Shown: piece by piece, positions 38,974-49,786 of the stretch
Numbering within the stretch: position 1 is the stretch's first letter
How the letters are laid out: each line of letters begins with the position of its first letter
Assembly: GCA_963798845.1 (NCBI GenBank)
Contig: CAWCUS010000004.1
Location: forward strand, 451,781-515,780
Length of the DNA stretch: 64,000 bases
Direction of reading: 5' to 3'
Source of the DNA: an uncultured Gemmatimonadales bacterium
GTDB taxonomy: Bacteria > Gemmatimonadota > Gemmatimonadetes > Longimicrobiales > RSA9
The notes under the pieces: model-generated
What the model was told of the DNA's origin: nothing
Databases searched by the model: none
Seen by the model: the letters and a program-made list of their open reading frames with translations, nothing else
Program-made: the position numbers and the translations under genes

Positions 38974-39909
38974 ATGCCCAGAGCACGTGTCATCCTCAAC
39001 CCCACGGCCGGGGACGGCCGCGCCGGCAGGGCGGCGGAGCCGATCCTCGTCGGCCTCGAGCGACGCGGGATCGAAGCCGACATCGTCTCCACCGGCGGCC
39101 CCCGGGAAGCCGTCGCCCTGGGGCTCGAGGCCGCCCGGGCTCGCTACGACATCATCATCGCCGCCGGCGGCGACGGCACCGTCCACGAGGTGGCCAACGG
39201 GCTGCTCAAGGCCCTCGCCCAGGGCGTGGATGGGCCCGCGCTCGCGGTCCTGCCGGTGGGCACCGGGAACGACTTCGCCAAGCTGGTGGGCCCGCTCGGC
39301 GACCTCGAGGCTTCACTCGACATCGTCGCCGCGGGCCGACTGCGCCGCTTCGATGCCGCCGTGGCGGCGTGGGAAGACCGCGAGCAGTGGTTCGTCAACG
39401 CCGCCGGGACGGGGATCGACGTCGAGGTGGTACGGCAGATCCAGCGCCGTCGTGGCCGGCCGAGCCCCGCCATCGCGAAGTACCTGGCCGCTGTGGTCAG
39501 GGCGCTGGTGACCTACCGCGCCATCCCGCTCCGCTTCCATTTCGACACCGACGTGATCGACCGTGACACCATGATCATTGCCGCGGCCAACGGCCGCTGC
39601 ATCGGCGGCGGCTTCTGGATCTGCCCGCGCGCGGAACCCGCCGACGGCCGGTTCGATATCTGCATAGTGAACAAGCTGTCGTTCCTCGGCGCCATGCGCG
39701 CCCTTCCGCTCATCATGCGGGGCAAGCACGAGCAGCACCGCAAGGTCGAGATGTTCCGCGCCAGCACGGTGGTGATCGAAGCGCTCGGGCCCGACCCGCT
39801 CTTCTTCCAGCTGGATGGCGAGCTGCACGAGCCGCCCGGGCTCCGCAAGCTTTCGCTGCGCCTGGTGCCATCGGCGCTCCCCGTCCTCGTGGGCGCCGGT
39901 CCGGCATGA
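38974..39909 (+). CDS. Diacylglycerol kinase family lipid kinase (YegS/BmrU-like)
   Basis: ILNPTAG, GGDGTVHEVANG, PVGTGNDF and QLDGE motifs. Confidence 0.9.
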   Translation: MPRARVILNPTAGDGRAGRAAEPILVGLERRGIEADIVSTGGPREAVALGLEAARARYDIIIAAGGDGTVHEVANGLLKALAQGVDGPALAVLPVGTGNDFAKLVGPLGDLEASLDIVAAGRLRRFDAAVAAWEDREQWFVNAAGTGIDVEVVRQIQRRRGRPSPAIAKYLAAVVRALVTYRAIPLRFHFDTDVIDRDTMIIAAANGRCIGGGFWICPRAEPADGRFDICIVNKLSFLGAMRALPLIMRGKHEQHRKVEMFRASTVVIEALGPDPLFFQLDGELHEPPGLRKLSLRLVPSALPVLVGAGPA

Positions 39910-40559
39910 CCCCCAGGATCCTGCTCGGCACTCTCCTCCTCGTCACCGCGGTCCCGCTCCGCGCGCAGGTCGGGGACACCACCCAGGTGCCGGTGGATTC
40001 CGTCATCGTCACCCCGAAAGCGAAGGTCGCCGTGGAAGCCGCCGCCGACACGGTCCGCCCCATGGCGCCCCGGGACGCCATGATTCGCTCCATGATCGTG
40101 CCGGGGTGGGGACAGGCGGCGTTCGGGTCGTATTTCCGTGGCGGGATCTACTTCGCCGGCTGGGCGGGCAACTGGTACATGGATTTCCGCAACGTGGTCC
40201 GCGTCCACTCCGCGGAGCAGCGCTTCGACCGCCGGCGCACCGAGATCACGGACGCCCTCGTCGCATCGTCACCGAACCCCGACTCGATGCAGGCCCAGAT
40301 CGACTCGTTCCCCGCTCTCGTCGACAGCGCCGTCCGCGCCGACTCCGCCGGCAACGACCTGCGCAAGCTGGTGCGAGGCCGGAAGCAGCAGCGCCAGGAC
40401 TGGATCGCGTGGTCGATCTTCTGGCTCCTGGCTTCCGGCGTCGACGCCTACGTCAACGCACACCTCTCCGACTTCCCGGCCGCCATCGACGTGGAGCCCG
40501 CGGGCTACCGTGCCGCCTCACTGGGTCTGCGCATCACTCTCCCGCCGAGGCGACCGTGA
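39906..40559 (+). CDS. Exported hypothetical protein (DUF5683-like)
   Basis: Signal peptide; RSMIVPGWGQ and DAYVNAHLSDF motifs; overlaps both neighbours. Confidence 0.7.
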   Translation: MTPRILLGTLLLVTAVPLRAQVGDTTQVPVDSVIVTPKAKVAVEAAADTVRPMAPRDAMIRSMIVPGWGQAAFGSYFRGGIYFAGWAGNWYMDFRNVVRVHSAEQRFDRRRTEITDALVASSPNPDSMQAQIDSFPALVDSAVRADSAGNDLRKLVRGRKQQRQDWIAWSIFWLLASGVDAYVNAHLSDFPAAIDVEPAGYRAASLGLRITLPPRRP

Positions 40560-41422
40560 CGTCGCTCCACGCCGCCGTCGAGCGCGATCGCCCCATCGGC
40601 GTCTTCGATTCCGGCTTCGGCGGGCTCACCGTCGTGGAAGCGCTGGCCAGACGTCTGCCGGCCGAGTCGATCCTCTATTTCGGCGACACCGCCCGCGTGC
40701 CCTACGGCTCCAAGTCGCCGAGCACGGTCCGCCGCTTCGCACGCGAGGCCGCCCGCTTCCTCCTGGCCCGCGACATCAAGCTCCTCGTCATCGCCTGCAA
40801 CACCGCCACGGCGCATGCCGAGGAGGTGCTGCGCCAGGAGCTCGAGATCCCCGTGGTCGGCGTCATCGAGCCCGGCGCCACGGCGGCTGTCGCCGCCACA
40901 CGCACCGGCCGCATCGGCGTGGTCGGGACGGCCGGCACGATCGCTTCCGGGGCGTACGACCGCGCCGTCCGCTCCCGCCTGGGAGAGGCCGCCCGCGTCT
41001 ACTCCCAGCCATGCCCGCTCTTCGTGCCGCTGGTCGAGGAAGGCTGGACCGACCACCCCGTCACCTCCGCCGTCGCCGCCGAGTACCTCCGGCCGCTGAA
41101 GGAGGTGGACGTCGACGTGGTCATCCTCGGCTGCACGCACTACCCCCTCCTGAAGCGCACCATGGCCGCCGAGATGGGCGACGCAGTCGCCCTCGTCGAC
41201 TCGGGCGAGGAGACCGCCCGCGCCGTCGCCCGGATCCTCGAGCGCGAAGGGCTCCAGCGCCCGGCGGACTCCAAGCCCAGCCACGGCTTCTTCGTCAGCG
41301 ATTCTCCCGCGCGATTCCGCGACGTCGGGCGCCGTTTCGTCGGTGACCTCATCACCGAGGTGACTCACGTGGAGATCGACGAGCTCGGGATGCACGTGGA
41401 GCGGCTGAAGGACGGGCGATAG
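40556..41422 (+). CDS. murI: Glutamate racemase
   Basis: IGVFDSGFGGLTV, PYGSKS, IACNTA and LGCTHYP motifs. Confidence 0.96.
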   Translation: MTSLHAAVERDRPIGVFDSGFGGLTVVEALARRLPAESILYFGDTARVPYGSKSPSTVRRFAREAARFLLARDIKLLVIACNTATAHAEEVLRQELEIPVVGVIEPGATAAVAATRTGRIGVVGTAGTIASGAYDRAVRSRLGEAARVYSQPCPLFVPLVEEGWTDHPVTSAVAAEYLRPLKEVDVDVVILGCTHYPLLKRTMAAEMGDAVALVDSGEETARAVARILEREGLQRPADSKPSHGFFVSDSPARFRDVGRRFVGDLITEVTHVEIDELGMHVERLKDGR

Positions 41423-41546
41423 CCGGTCGGCCGCCGGCTCCCGACACCCGCAACGGCACACCCGCGACCCGCGAAGGTCTCTCCACCCGGCGAGATCCGG
41501 ATTCTCGGGTGACCGACCGCAGAGGACTGCGCCCGGCCTGCCACTC

Positions 41547-42290
41547 TCAGCCCCCGGTCGGCCCGTCGGCCCACCGGCGCAGCGTCGGGGTGCCGTCGTC
41601 GCTCACCGTGATGTAGGTCCAGTGCGTGAGCCAGTCGCCGGCGTTCAGGTAGTGGCGGCCGGGCTCCACCTCGACGACCGCCGGGAGGTGCGAGTGACCA
41701 CACACGACCCAGCCCAGCTCGGGCTCCCCGGCCAGCGTCTGGCGGGCCCATTCCTCGATGAACGCGGCGCGGCCGCGTTTCCCCGGATCGGAGTCGGATT
41801 TGGCCTCGGTGGTGGAGACCCGCTGCGCGAGGCGGACGCCCAGCTCGGGGTGGAGCGCGCGGAAGCCCCAGATCGCGGCCCGACTCCGGAGCACGCGCTT
41901 GAGCGCCCGGTACTTGAAATCCCCTCGGCCCAGGCCGTCGCCGTGCGCGAGCAGCGCGGGCCGGCCCGCGATCTCGGTACGGACGTGGCCGGCGTGGAAC
42001 TCGACTCCGACGTGCTCTCCGAGGAAGCGTCCGCCCCAGGCGTCGTGGTTTCCGCCGGTGACCAGGACCGGCATGCCCGCGTCGACGAGGGCGGCGAGGG
42101 CGGCGAGGGCGCGGAAGTGGCGGCCGGGAATGATGTCGCCGTACTCGAACCAGAAGTCGAACAGGTCGCCCGGGATGATGAGCCGGCTCGCCTCCGCCCC
42201 CACGTGGTCCAGGAAACGGAGGAACGCCCGCTCCGTCTCATCCGGAACGGCGCCCAGGTGGACGTCCGAGACGATGAACAGCGGTTTCAT
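41547..42290 (-). CDS. lpxH: UDP-2,3-diacylglucosamine diphosphatase
   Basis: SDVHLG, GDLFDFW, GNHD, AHGD and GHSH metallophosphoesterase motifs. Confidence 0.85.
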   Translation of the reverse strand: MKPLFIVSDVHLGAVPDETERAFLRFLDHVGAEASRLIIPGDLFDFWFEYGDIIPGRHFRALAALAALVDAGMPVLVTGGNHDAWGGRFLGEHVGVEFHAGHVRTEIAGRPALLAHGDGLGRGDFKYRALKRVLRSRAAIWGFRALHPELGVRLAQRVSTTEAKSDSDPGKRGRAAFIEEWARQTLAGEPELGWVVCGHSHLPAVVEVEPGRHYLNAGDWLTHWTYITVSDDGTPTLRRWADGPTGG

Positions 42291-42413
42291 GGTGGCCGAA
42301 GCTAACCGCCGGCCCCGGACCCTGCTACCGGAGAGCCGCGGTGGGCCTGCGGCCACGCGGAGCGCCTTTGCGATGACTGGACGCCCGCAGCCGCGTCGCC
42401 CTATGTTCCCGGC

Positions 42414-43430
42414 GTGCAAACGAAGCAGAACGAACGAGTGGGGCTGCGGCCCCTGAGCCCCTACGAGCCGGCACGGGCGAGAGAGGGTCGGAACCCCGGT
42501 GTCCCGCTGGACCTGGACTGGGTCAGGGACACGCGCATCAATCGGAGTGCGGTGGAGCGGCGCGCGACCACGCTCGTGAGGCGCCGCTCGGTGAAGAAGC
42601 AGTGGCAGGCGGCGTGGCTGCTGCGTGCCGTCTCCTGCATCGACCTCACCACGCTTTCCGGCGACGACACGCCCGGCAACGTCCGTCGGCTCGCAGCCAA
42701 GGCGCGCCAGCCGCTCCGGGCGGACCTGCTGCGCGCGGTCGGGGTGGAGCCGGGCTCTCTGCACGTGGCCGCCGTCTGCGTCTACCACGCGCTGGTGCCC
42801 GCGGCCGTCGGAGCGCTGCGGGGCTCCGGGATCCCGGTGGCCGCCGTTTCGACGGGCTTCCCCGCGGGGCTGGGCCCGTTCGAGCAGCGGGTGGCGGAGA
42901 TCCGGGCGTCCGTGGAAGCGGGGGCGGACGAGATCGACATCGTGATCAGCCGTGCCCACGTGCTCACCGGCAACTGGCGCGCGCTGCACGACGAGGTGCG
43001 CACGTTCCGTGACGCGTGCGGCGATGCCCACATGAAGACCATTCTGGCCACGGGCGAGCTGGGTACACTCACCAACGTCGCGCGGGCCAGCCGGGTCTGC
43101 CTGATGGCGGGGGCGGACTTCATCAAGACATCCACCGGCAAGGAGCCGGTCAACGCCACTCTCCCCGTGGGCGTGGTGATGACGCGGGCCATCCGGGACT
43201 ATCTGGAGCGCACCGGCCACGTCGCCGGGTTCAAGCCCGCGGGCGGGATCCGCAGCGCCAGGGACGCGCTCCAGTGGCTGGCCCTGATGAAGGAGGAGCT
43301 GGGCGAGGCGTGGACCCGCCCCGAGCGCTTCCGCTTCGGCGCGAGCTCGCTGCTCGGCGACATCGAGCGGCAGATCGAGCATTTCGTCACCGGCCGCTAC
43401 TCCGCGGGCCATCGACACCCCATGGCATGA
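42414..43430 (+). CDS. deoC: Deoxyribose-phosphate aldolase
   Basis: IDLTTLSGDDT, GADEIDIV, ADFIKTSTGK, FKPAGGI and RFGASSLL motifs. Confidence 0.95.
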   Translation: MQTKQNERVGLRPLSPYEPARAREGRNPGVPLDLDWVRDTRINRSAVERRATTLVRRRSVKKQWQAAWLLRAVSCIDLTTLSGDDTPGNVRRLAAKARQPLRADLLRAVGVEPGSLHVAAVCVYHALVPAAVGALRGSGIPVAAVSTGFPAGLGPFEQRVAEIRASVEAGADEIDIVISRAHVLTGNWRALHDEVRTFRDACGDAHMKTILATGELGTLTNVARASRVCLMAGADFIKTSTGKEPVNATLPVGVVMTRAIRDYLERTGHVAGFKPAGGIRSARDALQWLALMKEELGEAWTRPERFRFGASSLLGDIERQIEHFVTGRYSAGHRHPMA

Positions 43431-45956
43431 CCGAAGACACCGCGACAGTCCCGCGTCTCATGGAGACGCTCGAGTACGGACCCGCCCCGGAGAGCTCCGT
43501 CGAGGTCCGCGCCTGGATCGACGGCGCCGGCCCGTTCGGCCATTTCATCGGCGGGCGCTGGGTGGAGCCTGCGGCCGGCGAGCGCTTCGACGTCCACGAT
43601 CCGTCCACGGGGGCGGTGCTGACACAGGTCGCCCAGGGCTCCGCCGCCGACGTGGATGCGGCAGTCCGCGCCGCACGCGCGGCGTTCCCGGCCTGGTCCG
43701 CGCTCCAGGGCCACGTCCGCGCCCGCTACCTCTACGCCATCGCCCGCCAGCTCCAGAAGCACTCCCGCTTCTTCTCGGTGCTGGAGTCGCTCGACAACGG
43801 CAAGCCGATCCGCGAATCCCGCGACATCGACATCCCGCTCGTGGCCCGCCACTTCTATCATCACGCCGGCTGGGCCCAGCTCCTCGACCGCGATCCCGAG
43901 CTCCGCGACCAGGTGCCGCTGGGCGTGGCCGGCCAGATCATCCCGTGGAACTTCCCGCTCCTCATGCTGGCGTGGAAGGTCGCGCCCGCGCTCGCCACCG
44001 GGAACACGGTGGTCCTCAAGCCCGCCGAGTTCACCCCCCTCACCGCGATCCGCTTCGGCATCCTGTGCCACACGGTGGGCCTTCCGGCCGGTGTGGTGAA
44101 CGTCGTCACCGGGGATGGTGAGACGGGCGCGGCGCTCGTCGCCCACCCCGACGTGGACAAGATCGCGTTCACGGGCAGCACGGAAGTGGGGCGGATCATC
44201 CGCCGCGCCACGGCGGGCACCGGGAAGCACGTCTCCCTCGAGCTGGGCGGGAAGTCGCCCTTCGTGGTGTTCGAGGACGCGGACCTGGACAGCGTGGTGG
44301 AGGGCGTGGTCGACGCCATCTGGTTCAATCAGGGGCAGGTCTGCTGCGCCGGCTCGCGCATCCTGGTGCAGGAAGGCGTAGCCGAAACGCTCCTCCACAA
44401 GCTGCGCGAGCGCATGGAACGTTTGCGCATCGGCTCGCCGCTGGACAAGAGCGTGGACATCGGCGCCATCGTCGCACCGGTCCAGCTCGAGCGCATCACG
44501 CGCCTGGTGGAGCAGGGGAGGGACGAGGGCGCGCGCATCTGGCAGCCGTCGTGGGGGTGCCCCCAGGAAGGCTGGTTCTATCCGCCCACCGTCATCACGG
44601 ACGTCGCGCCGGCCGCCACCGTGGCCCAGGTGGAGATCTTCGGCCCCGTGGTGGTCCTCATGACGTTCCGGACCCCGGACGAGGCCGTGGAGCTCGCCAA
44701 CAACACGCCGTACGGCCTGGCCGCCAGCATCTGGACCGAGAACATCAACGTCGCCCTCGACCTCGCCCCCCGCATCAAGGCCGGCACCGTCTGGGTCAAC
44801 GCCACGAACCTGTTCGACGCCGCTTCCGGCTTCGGCGGCTACCGGGAGAGCGGGTTCGGCCGCGAGGGTGGGAAGGAAGGGCTCTGGCAGTACCTCCAGC
44901 CGCGCTGGGAAAAGGAGCGCGCGGACGGACAGGCCGCCAACGCGGGCGGGGCCGCGCACCGCGAGACGACCGGCGACTCGACCGGTGACTCGACCGGCGA
45001 GTCGACCGGCACGCCCGGGAGCCCGCACGCCTCCGATGCCGAGGCGGTGCTGCCGGGTGAGGCCGGTGCAGCCGATGCCGCCGCGGCCGTCGCGTCGCCT
45101 GCCATGCCGGGGATCGATCGCACCGCGAAGCTGTTCATCGGGGGCAGGCAGGAGCGCCCCGACGCGGGCTACTCGCTCGACGTGCTGGGCCCCGGCGGCG
45201 TGCGCCTCGGCGAGGTCGGGGCCGGCAACCGCAAGGACGTCCGGAACGCGGTGGAGGCTGCGCGCAGGGCGCAGCCGAAGTGGGCGGCCACGGCGGCTCA
45301 CGGCCGTGCCCAGGTGCTGTACTACCTGGCCGAGAACCTTTCGGCCCGCGAGTCGGAGTTCGTCGCGCGGATCCGATCCATGACAGGCGCTTCGGAGGCG
45401 GCCGCGGGCGAGGAGGTCGACGCGGCGATCCGTCGCCTGTTCAGCTACGCCGCGTGGGCCGACAAGTGGGATGGCGCGGTACACCACACGCCGATCCGCA
45501 ACGTGACCATCGCCATGCCGGAGGCGATCGGGGTGGTGGCCGTCGTCGCTCCGCAGCCGTTCCCGCTCCTCGGCCTGGTGTCGAGCGTGGCCCCTCTCCT
45601 GGCCGCCGGGAACGCCGTGGTCGCCATTCCCTCCGGGAGCGCGCCGCTCGCCGCCACGGACCTGTACCAGGTCGTGGAAACTTCGGACGTCCCGGCCGGC
45701 GTGATCAACATCGTCACGGGCGACGCTGCCGGCCTCGTCCCCGTGCTCGCCGCCCACTACGGTGTGGACGCCATCTGGCACTTCGGCGCCCCGGCACTCG
45801 CGGAAATGGTGGAGCGGGAGTCCGCGTCCAACATGAAGCAGACGTGGGTGGACACGGCCGGCCGCCGCTGGCTCGATGCGGGCGAGGGCGAAGGGCCGGA
45901 GTTCCTGCGCCGGGCAACGCAGGTCAAGAACATTCTGGGTGCCCTACGGCGCATGA
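43427..45956 (+). CDS. Two-domain aldehyde dehydrogenase (ALDH16-like); extra T near 45933 hides the true C-terminus KNIWVPYGA*
   Basis: IIPWNFP, FTGSTEVG, LELGGKSP and FNQGQVCCAG motifs; second ALDH-like domain; removing one T gives WVPYGA-TGA overlapping the next ATG. Confidence 0.88.
44967..45010 (+). repeat. In-frame 12-bp tandem repeat (3.7 copies) encoding TGDS/TGES in the ALDH linker
   Basis: CGACCGGCGACT, CGACCGGTGACT, CGACCGGCGAGT, CGACCGGC. Confidence 0.8.
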
Positions 45957-46363
45957 TCGGGCACGCGACGGAGCCCTTTCGGATACGGTACGCGGAAACC
46001 GACCAGATGGGCGTGGCCTACCACGCCAACTACCTGGCCTGGTGCGAGATCGGACGCACCGAGCTCATGCGCGACGTCGGCCTCACCTACGCCGAGATGG
46101 AGCGCCGAGGCCAGTTCCTGGCCGTTGCCGAGGCTTCCGTCCGCTACATCGCCGCCGCTCGCTATGACGACCTGATCCGCGTTCGAACCGGGATCGAGGG
46201 CGTGAAGTCGCGCACGGTCACGTTCGCTTACGAGATCGAGCGCCTGGAGCCCGCTCCCGCCCGGCTCGCCAGCGCGCACACCACGCTGATCTGCCTGGAC
46301 CCGGGCGGCAGGCCGCGACGGCTTCCGGACGACGTCTTCGCCCTGCTCGAGCCGCGCGAATGA
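45953..46363 (+). CDS. Acyl-CoA thioesterase, YbgC/4HBT family
   Basis: RYAETDQMGVAYHANYL motif. Confidence 0.9.
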   Translation: MIGHATEPFRIRYAETDQMGVAYHANYLAWCEIGRTELMRDVGLTYAEMERRGQFLAVAEASVRYIAAARYDDLIRVRTGIEGVKSRTVTFAYEIERLEPAPARLASAHTTLICLDPGGRPRRLPDDVFALLEPRE

Positions 46364-48544
46364 CCCGGCTCCCCCTCCGTCCCCGTGCGGTGCGGCGGAC
46401 CGCTGGCGCGGCGGCGCTCCTGTCCGCGCTCGCCTCCGGCGCGTGCGCCCACGGCTCGCTCTCGCCCGCGCCGGCACCCTCGCCCATCACGCTCGACGAA
46501 AGGCAGGTGGCGCACATTGCCACGCTCCTCTCGTTCGAAGACCGACGCACGTTCGCCCCCGACACCTTCGCCTTCCTTGCCCGCGACCCCTCGCCGGAGG
46601 TCCGCGGGCGAACGGCGCTCGCCGCCGGGCGGATCGGCGACCCCGCCGCGCTCCCGGTCCTGCTCCGGATGCTCGGTGACGCCGATGACCGCGTGCGCGC
46701 CGACGCCGCTTTCGCTCTCGGCGAGCTCGGCGACAGCACCCCGGCAGCGGTGTCGGCGCTGGAGCGCGCGGCCCCGTCGAACTGGGCCGTCGTCCGGGAA
46801 TCGGACGTCCGCGTGGGGCGGGAGGTCATGGCCGCGCTCGGGAAGATCGGCACGGACGACGCCCGCGAGGCCGTGCTCCGCGGCCTGCGCGAGCTGTACC
46901 CCGCCGCCGGATCGCGGCCGGCCGCCACGGCGGAGGCGGCGCTCCTGGCCGTCTGGCGCTTCCGCGAGGGCGCTGGCCGCGTGGCGAGCGTGAGACCCTA
47001 TCTCGACCATCCCGACGCCCAGGTGCGCTGGCGCGCGGCGTACGCCCTCATGCGCATCGGCACCCCTGACGCCGTCGCCGGGCTGCTCCAGCTCGCCCAC
47101 GACCCGGACCACCGCGTGCGCGCTTCCGTCGCCCGCGGGCTCCGCGCCGGCCCCGCCGATACCGCCGGCGTGACCGACAGCGCTCGCGCCACTCTCGTCC
47201 GGCTTCTCACCGACGACCACGCTCACGTCCGGATCAACGCGCTGCGCGCGCTGGCGGCCTGGCCCGACCCGCCGGTCGCCGTGATGGCGGCGTCGCTGAG
47301 CGACCGCGACCCGAACGTGGTCGTGGCGGCCGCCACCGCGCTGGGCGAGGCGGGAGAGGCGGCAGCGCCTGCGCTCGACAGCCTGCTCCGGCGCGACGCG
47401 GCGCCGCTGGCGGCGAGGGTCGCCGCGGCGATCCAGCTCGCGCCGTTCCGACCGGCCGCCGTGGTGCCCGTCCTCGAGACGTGGAGCGGAGGCGGGACCC
47501 GGGAGCGGTACGCCGCCGCCCGCGCCCTCGCTGCGGTCGGATGGGACCGCGCTCGGGACGTGTTGAGTCGCCTCGCCGCGGATGCCGACGTGAGGGTTGC
47601 CGTCGCGGCGACGCAAGCGGCCGGCGCGCTGGCGGCCGATTCCTCTCTGGCCGCGCCGGCCGCGGCGGGGCTGCACGACCTGCTGAGGACCGTGGCCCGG
47701 AGCGACCGCCCCCGTCTCGCGGCGGTCGGGCTCCGCGCGCTCGCGCCCCTGCTGAGCCCCGACGACCTGCCGGCGGTTCTCGACGCGTACGCCGCGGCGA
47801 TCACGGTCGGCGCCGCCGGCCCGGGCTCCGCCGCGGAGCCGAGCGCCGCTGCCGCCGATCTCGAGGTCGACTCGCTCGGCCCGGACCGGCGGGAGATGGC
47901 GGAGGCCGCCGTGGCGGGGCTTGCCGCGCTGGACGAAGCGATGGACGGCCGCGCCGGTCAGGCGTTCCGCTCCCGCTTCGGGACTCCGTCGGATCGCCGG
48001 CTCGCCCGCTCCGCGGCGCAGGCCATGGGCGGGGACTCGCCGACCGCACCCTCCCGGGAACCTGACGTTCTATCGCGACATCGTCCGCCGCTACGTGGTC
48101 CCGCCCCTGGAGGGGAAGGGGCGCCCCCGGGCTCGCATTCGCACCGCGGCCGGCACCATCACCGTGGAGCTGCTCGGCGACGTTGCACCCCTGACGGTGG
48201 ACAACTTCGTCCGCCTGGCCCAGGCCGGCTTCTACGACGATGGCGTCTGGCACCGCGTGGTCCCGAACTTCGTCGTCCAGGACGGCGCCCCCGCCGGTGA
48301 CCCGGATGGCGGCCCGGGCTGGGCCATCCGCAATGAGATCAACCCGGTGCGCTACCTTCGAGGCGTCGTGGGGATGGCCCTTTCCGGCCCGGACACAGGT
48401 GGGAGCCAGTGGTTCATCACCCTTTCGCCGCAGCCCCACCTCGACGGCGGGTACACCGTTTTCGGCGTCGTATCCGGCGGGATGGACGCCGCGGACCGGG
48501 TTCTGCAGGGGGACCCGATCGATTCCGTCGGGGTCCGCTGGTGA
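46360..48544 (+). CDS. HEAT-repeat lipoprotein fused to a cyclophilin-type PPIase; apparent +1 frameshift near 48055
   Basis: Lipobox-like ASGAC; HEAT repeats (VRADAAFALG, VRWRAAYAL); shifted frame carries APLTVDNF, WHRVVPNFVVQDG, GMALSGPDTGGSQWFI and HLDGGYTVFG. Confidence 0.82.
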
Positions 48545-48630
48545 CCGTGCCCCGCCAACGCCGCCGGCGTTTCAACGGCGGTTGACGCTCTTCTCGATCG
48601 GCCGGTATGTTGCACGCTTCGCTAAACAGG

Positions 48631-49287
48631 ATGCACTTCCGCCCGGCGGTGGCGTCGGCCGTCCTGGCCCTCTCGGCCGGGTGCGCCGGCCGCGCAGTGC
48701 CACCCACGCTCGACCCTTCCGCGGCCGCGGCGGCCGTCGAGGCCACCGCCCCGCGCACGCCGCTGCGGGTCGTGTTCGGCTGGCAGGCGCAGGACGGCAG
48801 CGCTCGTTTTCACGGCCGCGGCGTCGCGCGCATCGCGCCGGCGTACCACGCGCGCCTCGACCTCTTCGGTCCCGGCGGCGACGGCTACCTCAGTGCGGCC
48901 CTGGTCGGAGGGGATCTTCGCCTGCCGGGCGGGGGCAGCGAGGTCCGGCTCCCGCCGCCGGCGTTCATGTGGGCGGTGCTCGGTGTGGTTGCGCCCCCCG
49001 CCGGGGCCACGCTCATCGCGACCAGCGAAGAGGGCGCCACGACCGAGCTGTTCTACGACCTGGACGACGGGCGCCTCATCTACACCCTCGTCGACGGCCG
49101 CCTGAGCCGCGCCACCTGGGACCGGCGTGGCGGCGCCGCGCTGGTGGAGCTGAAGGATCTCGGCGGAACCGTCCCCGGGACTGCGCTGTACCGGGACCGT
49201 GCCGCCAACATGGAGCTGCTTCTCAATGTCGAGCGAACGGATGAAGTGGAGGCATTCCCGCCAGAGATCTGGGACCCGGGCCGCTGA
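48631..49287 (+). CDS. Hypothetical lipoprotein
   Basis: Lipobox LSAGC; ARLDLFGP; overlaps lptE. Confidence 0.7.
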   Translation: MHFRPAVASAVLALSAGCAGRAVPPTLDPSAAAAAVEATAPRTPLRVVFGWQAQDGSARFHGRGVARIAPAYHARLDLFGPGGDGYLSAALVGGDLRLPGGGSEVRLPPPAFMWAVLGVVAPPAGATLIATSEEGATTELFYDLDDGRLIYTLVDGRLSRATWDRRGGAALVELKDLGGTVPGTALYRDRAANMELLLNVERTDEVEAFPPEIWDPGR

Positions 49288-49786
49288 GCGGCTGGCGCTC
49301 CTCGCGGTCATCCTCCTCGTCCTGGCGGGCTGCAACTACGGCTTCGAGGGCGGCGGGTTCCCGTCGTCCATCCGCACCCTCTACATCGCACCGTTCGAGA
49401 ACGAGACGCCTCAGTTCGGGCTGGAACAGAAGCTCTACGCCACCATGCTCGACCGCCTCCCTGGCCAGCTCGGCGTCCGGATCGGCGGCGAGGAGACGGC
49501 CGACGCGATCGTGCGGGGGTCCATCGTCCGCTATGACAATGTCGCCCAGAACTACCGCCCCGGCACCGCGGGTCAGCCGGCCGCGGACGTGGTCTCGCAC
49601 GAGGTGCAGATCGGCGTGAAGGTGCAGCTCATCGACGTCCACCGGAACGTCGTTCTCTGGGACTCGCAGAGCCTGGTCGGCAAGGGGAGCTACCGCCCCA
49701 ACGAGGACTCGGACCAGGTCGCGCAGACCACCGCCATCCAGGACCTGATCAAGCAGATGGTCGACGGAGCGCAATCCCAGTGGTAG
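49241..49786 (+). CDS. lptE: LptE-family LPS assembly lipoprotein
   Basis: LAGCNYGF lipobox; IRTLYIAPFENET motif; start uncertain. Confidence 0.75.
   Translation: MKWRHSRQRSGTRAAERLALLAVILLVLAGCNYGFEGGGFPSSIRTLYIAPFENETPQFGLEQKLYATMLDRLPGQLGVRIGGEETADAIVRGSIVRYDNVAQNYRPGTAGQPAADVVSHEVQIGVKVQLIDVHRNVVLWDSQSLVGKGSYRPNEDSDQVAQTTAIQDLIKQMVDGAQSQW

Noticed and set aside
43016..46363. ALDH-thioesterase fusion (1115-aa ORF)
   Set aside because: Removing one T near 45933 restores the KNIWVPYGA stop with an ATGA overlap to a separate thioesterase.
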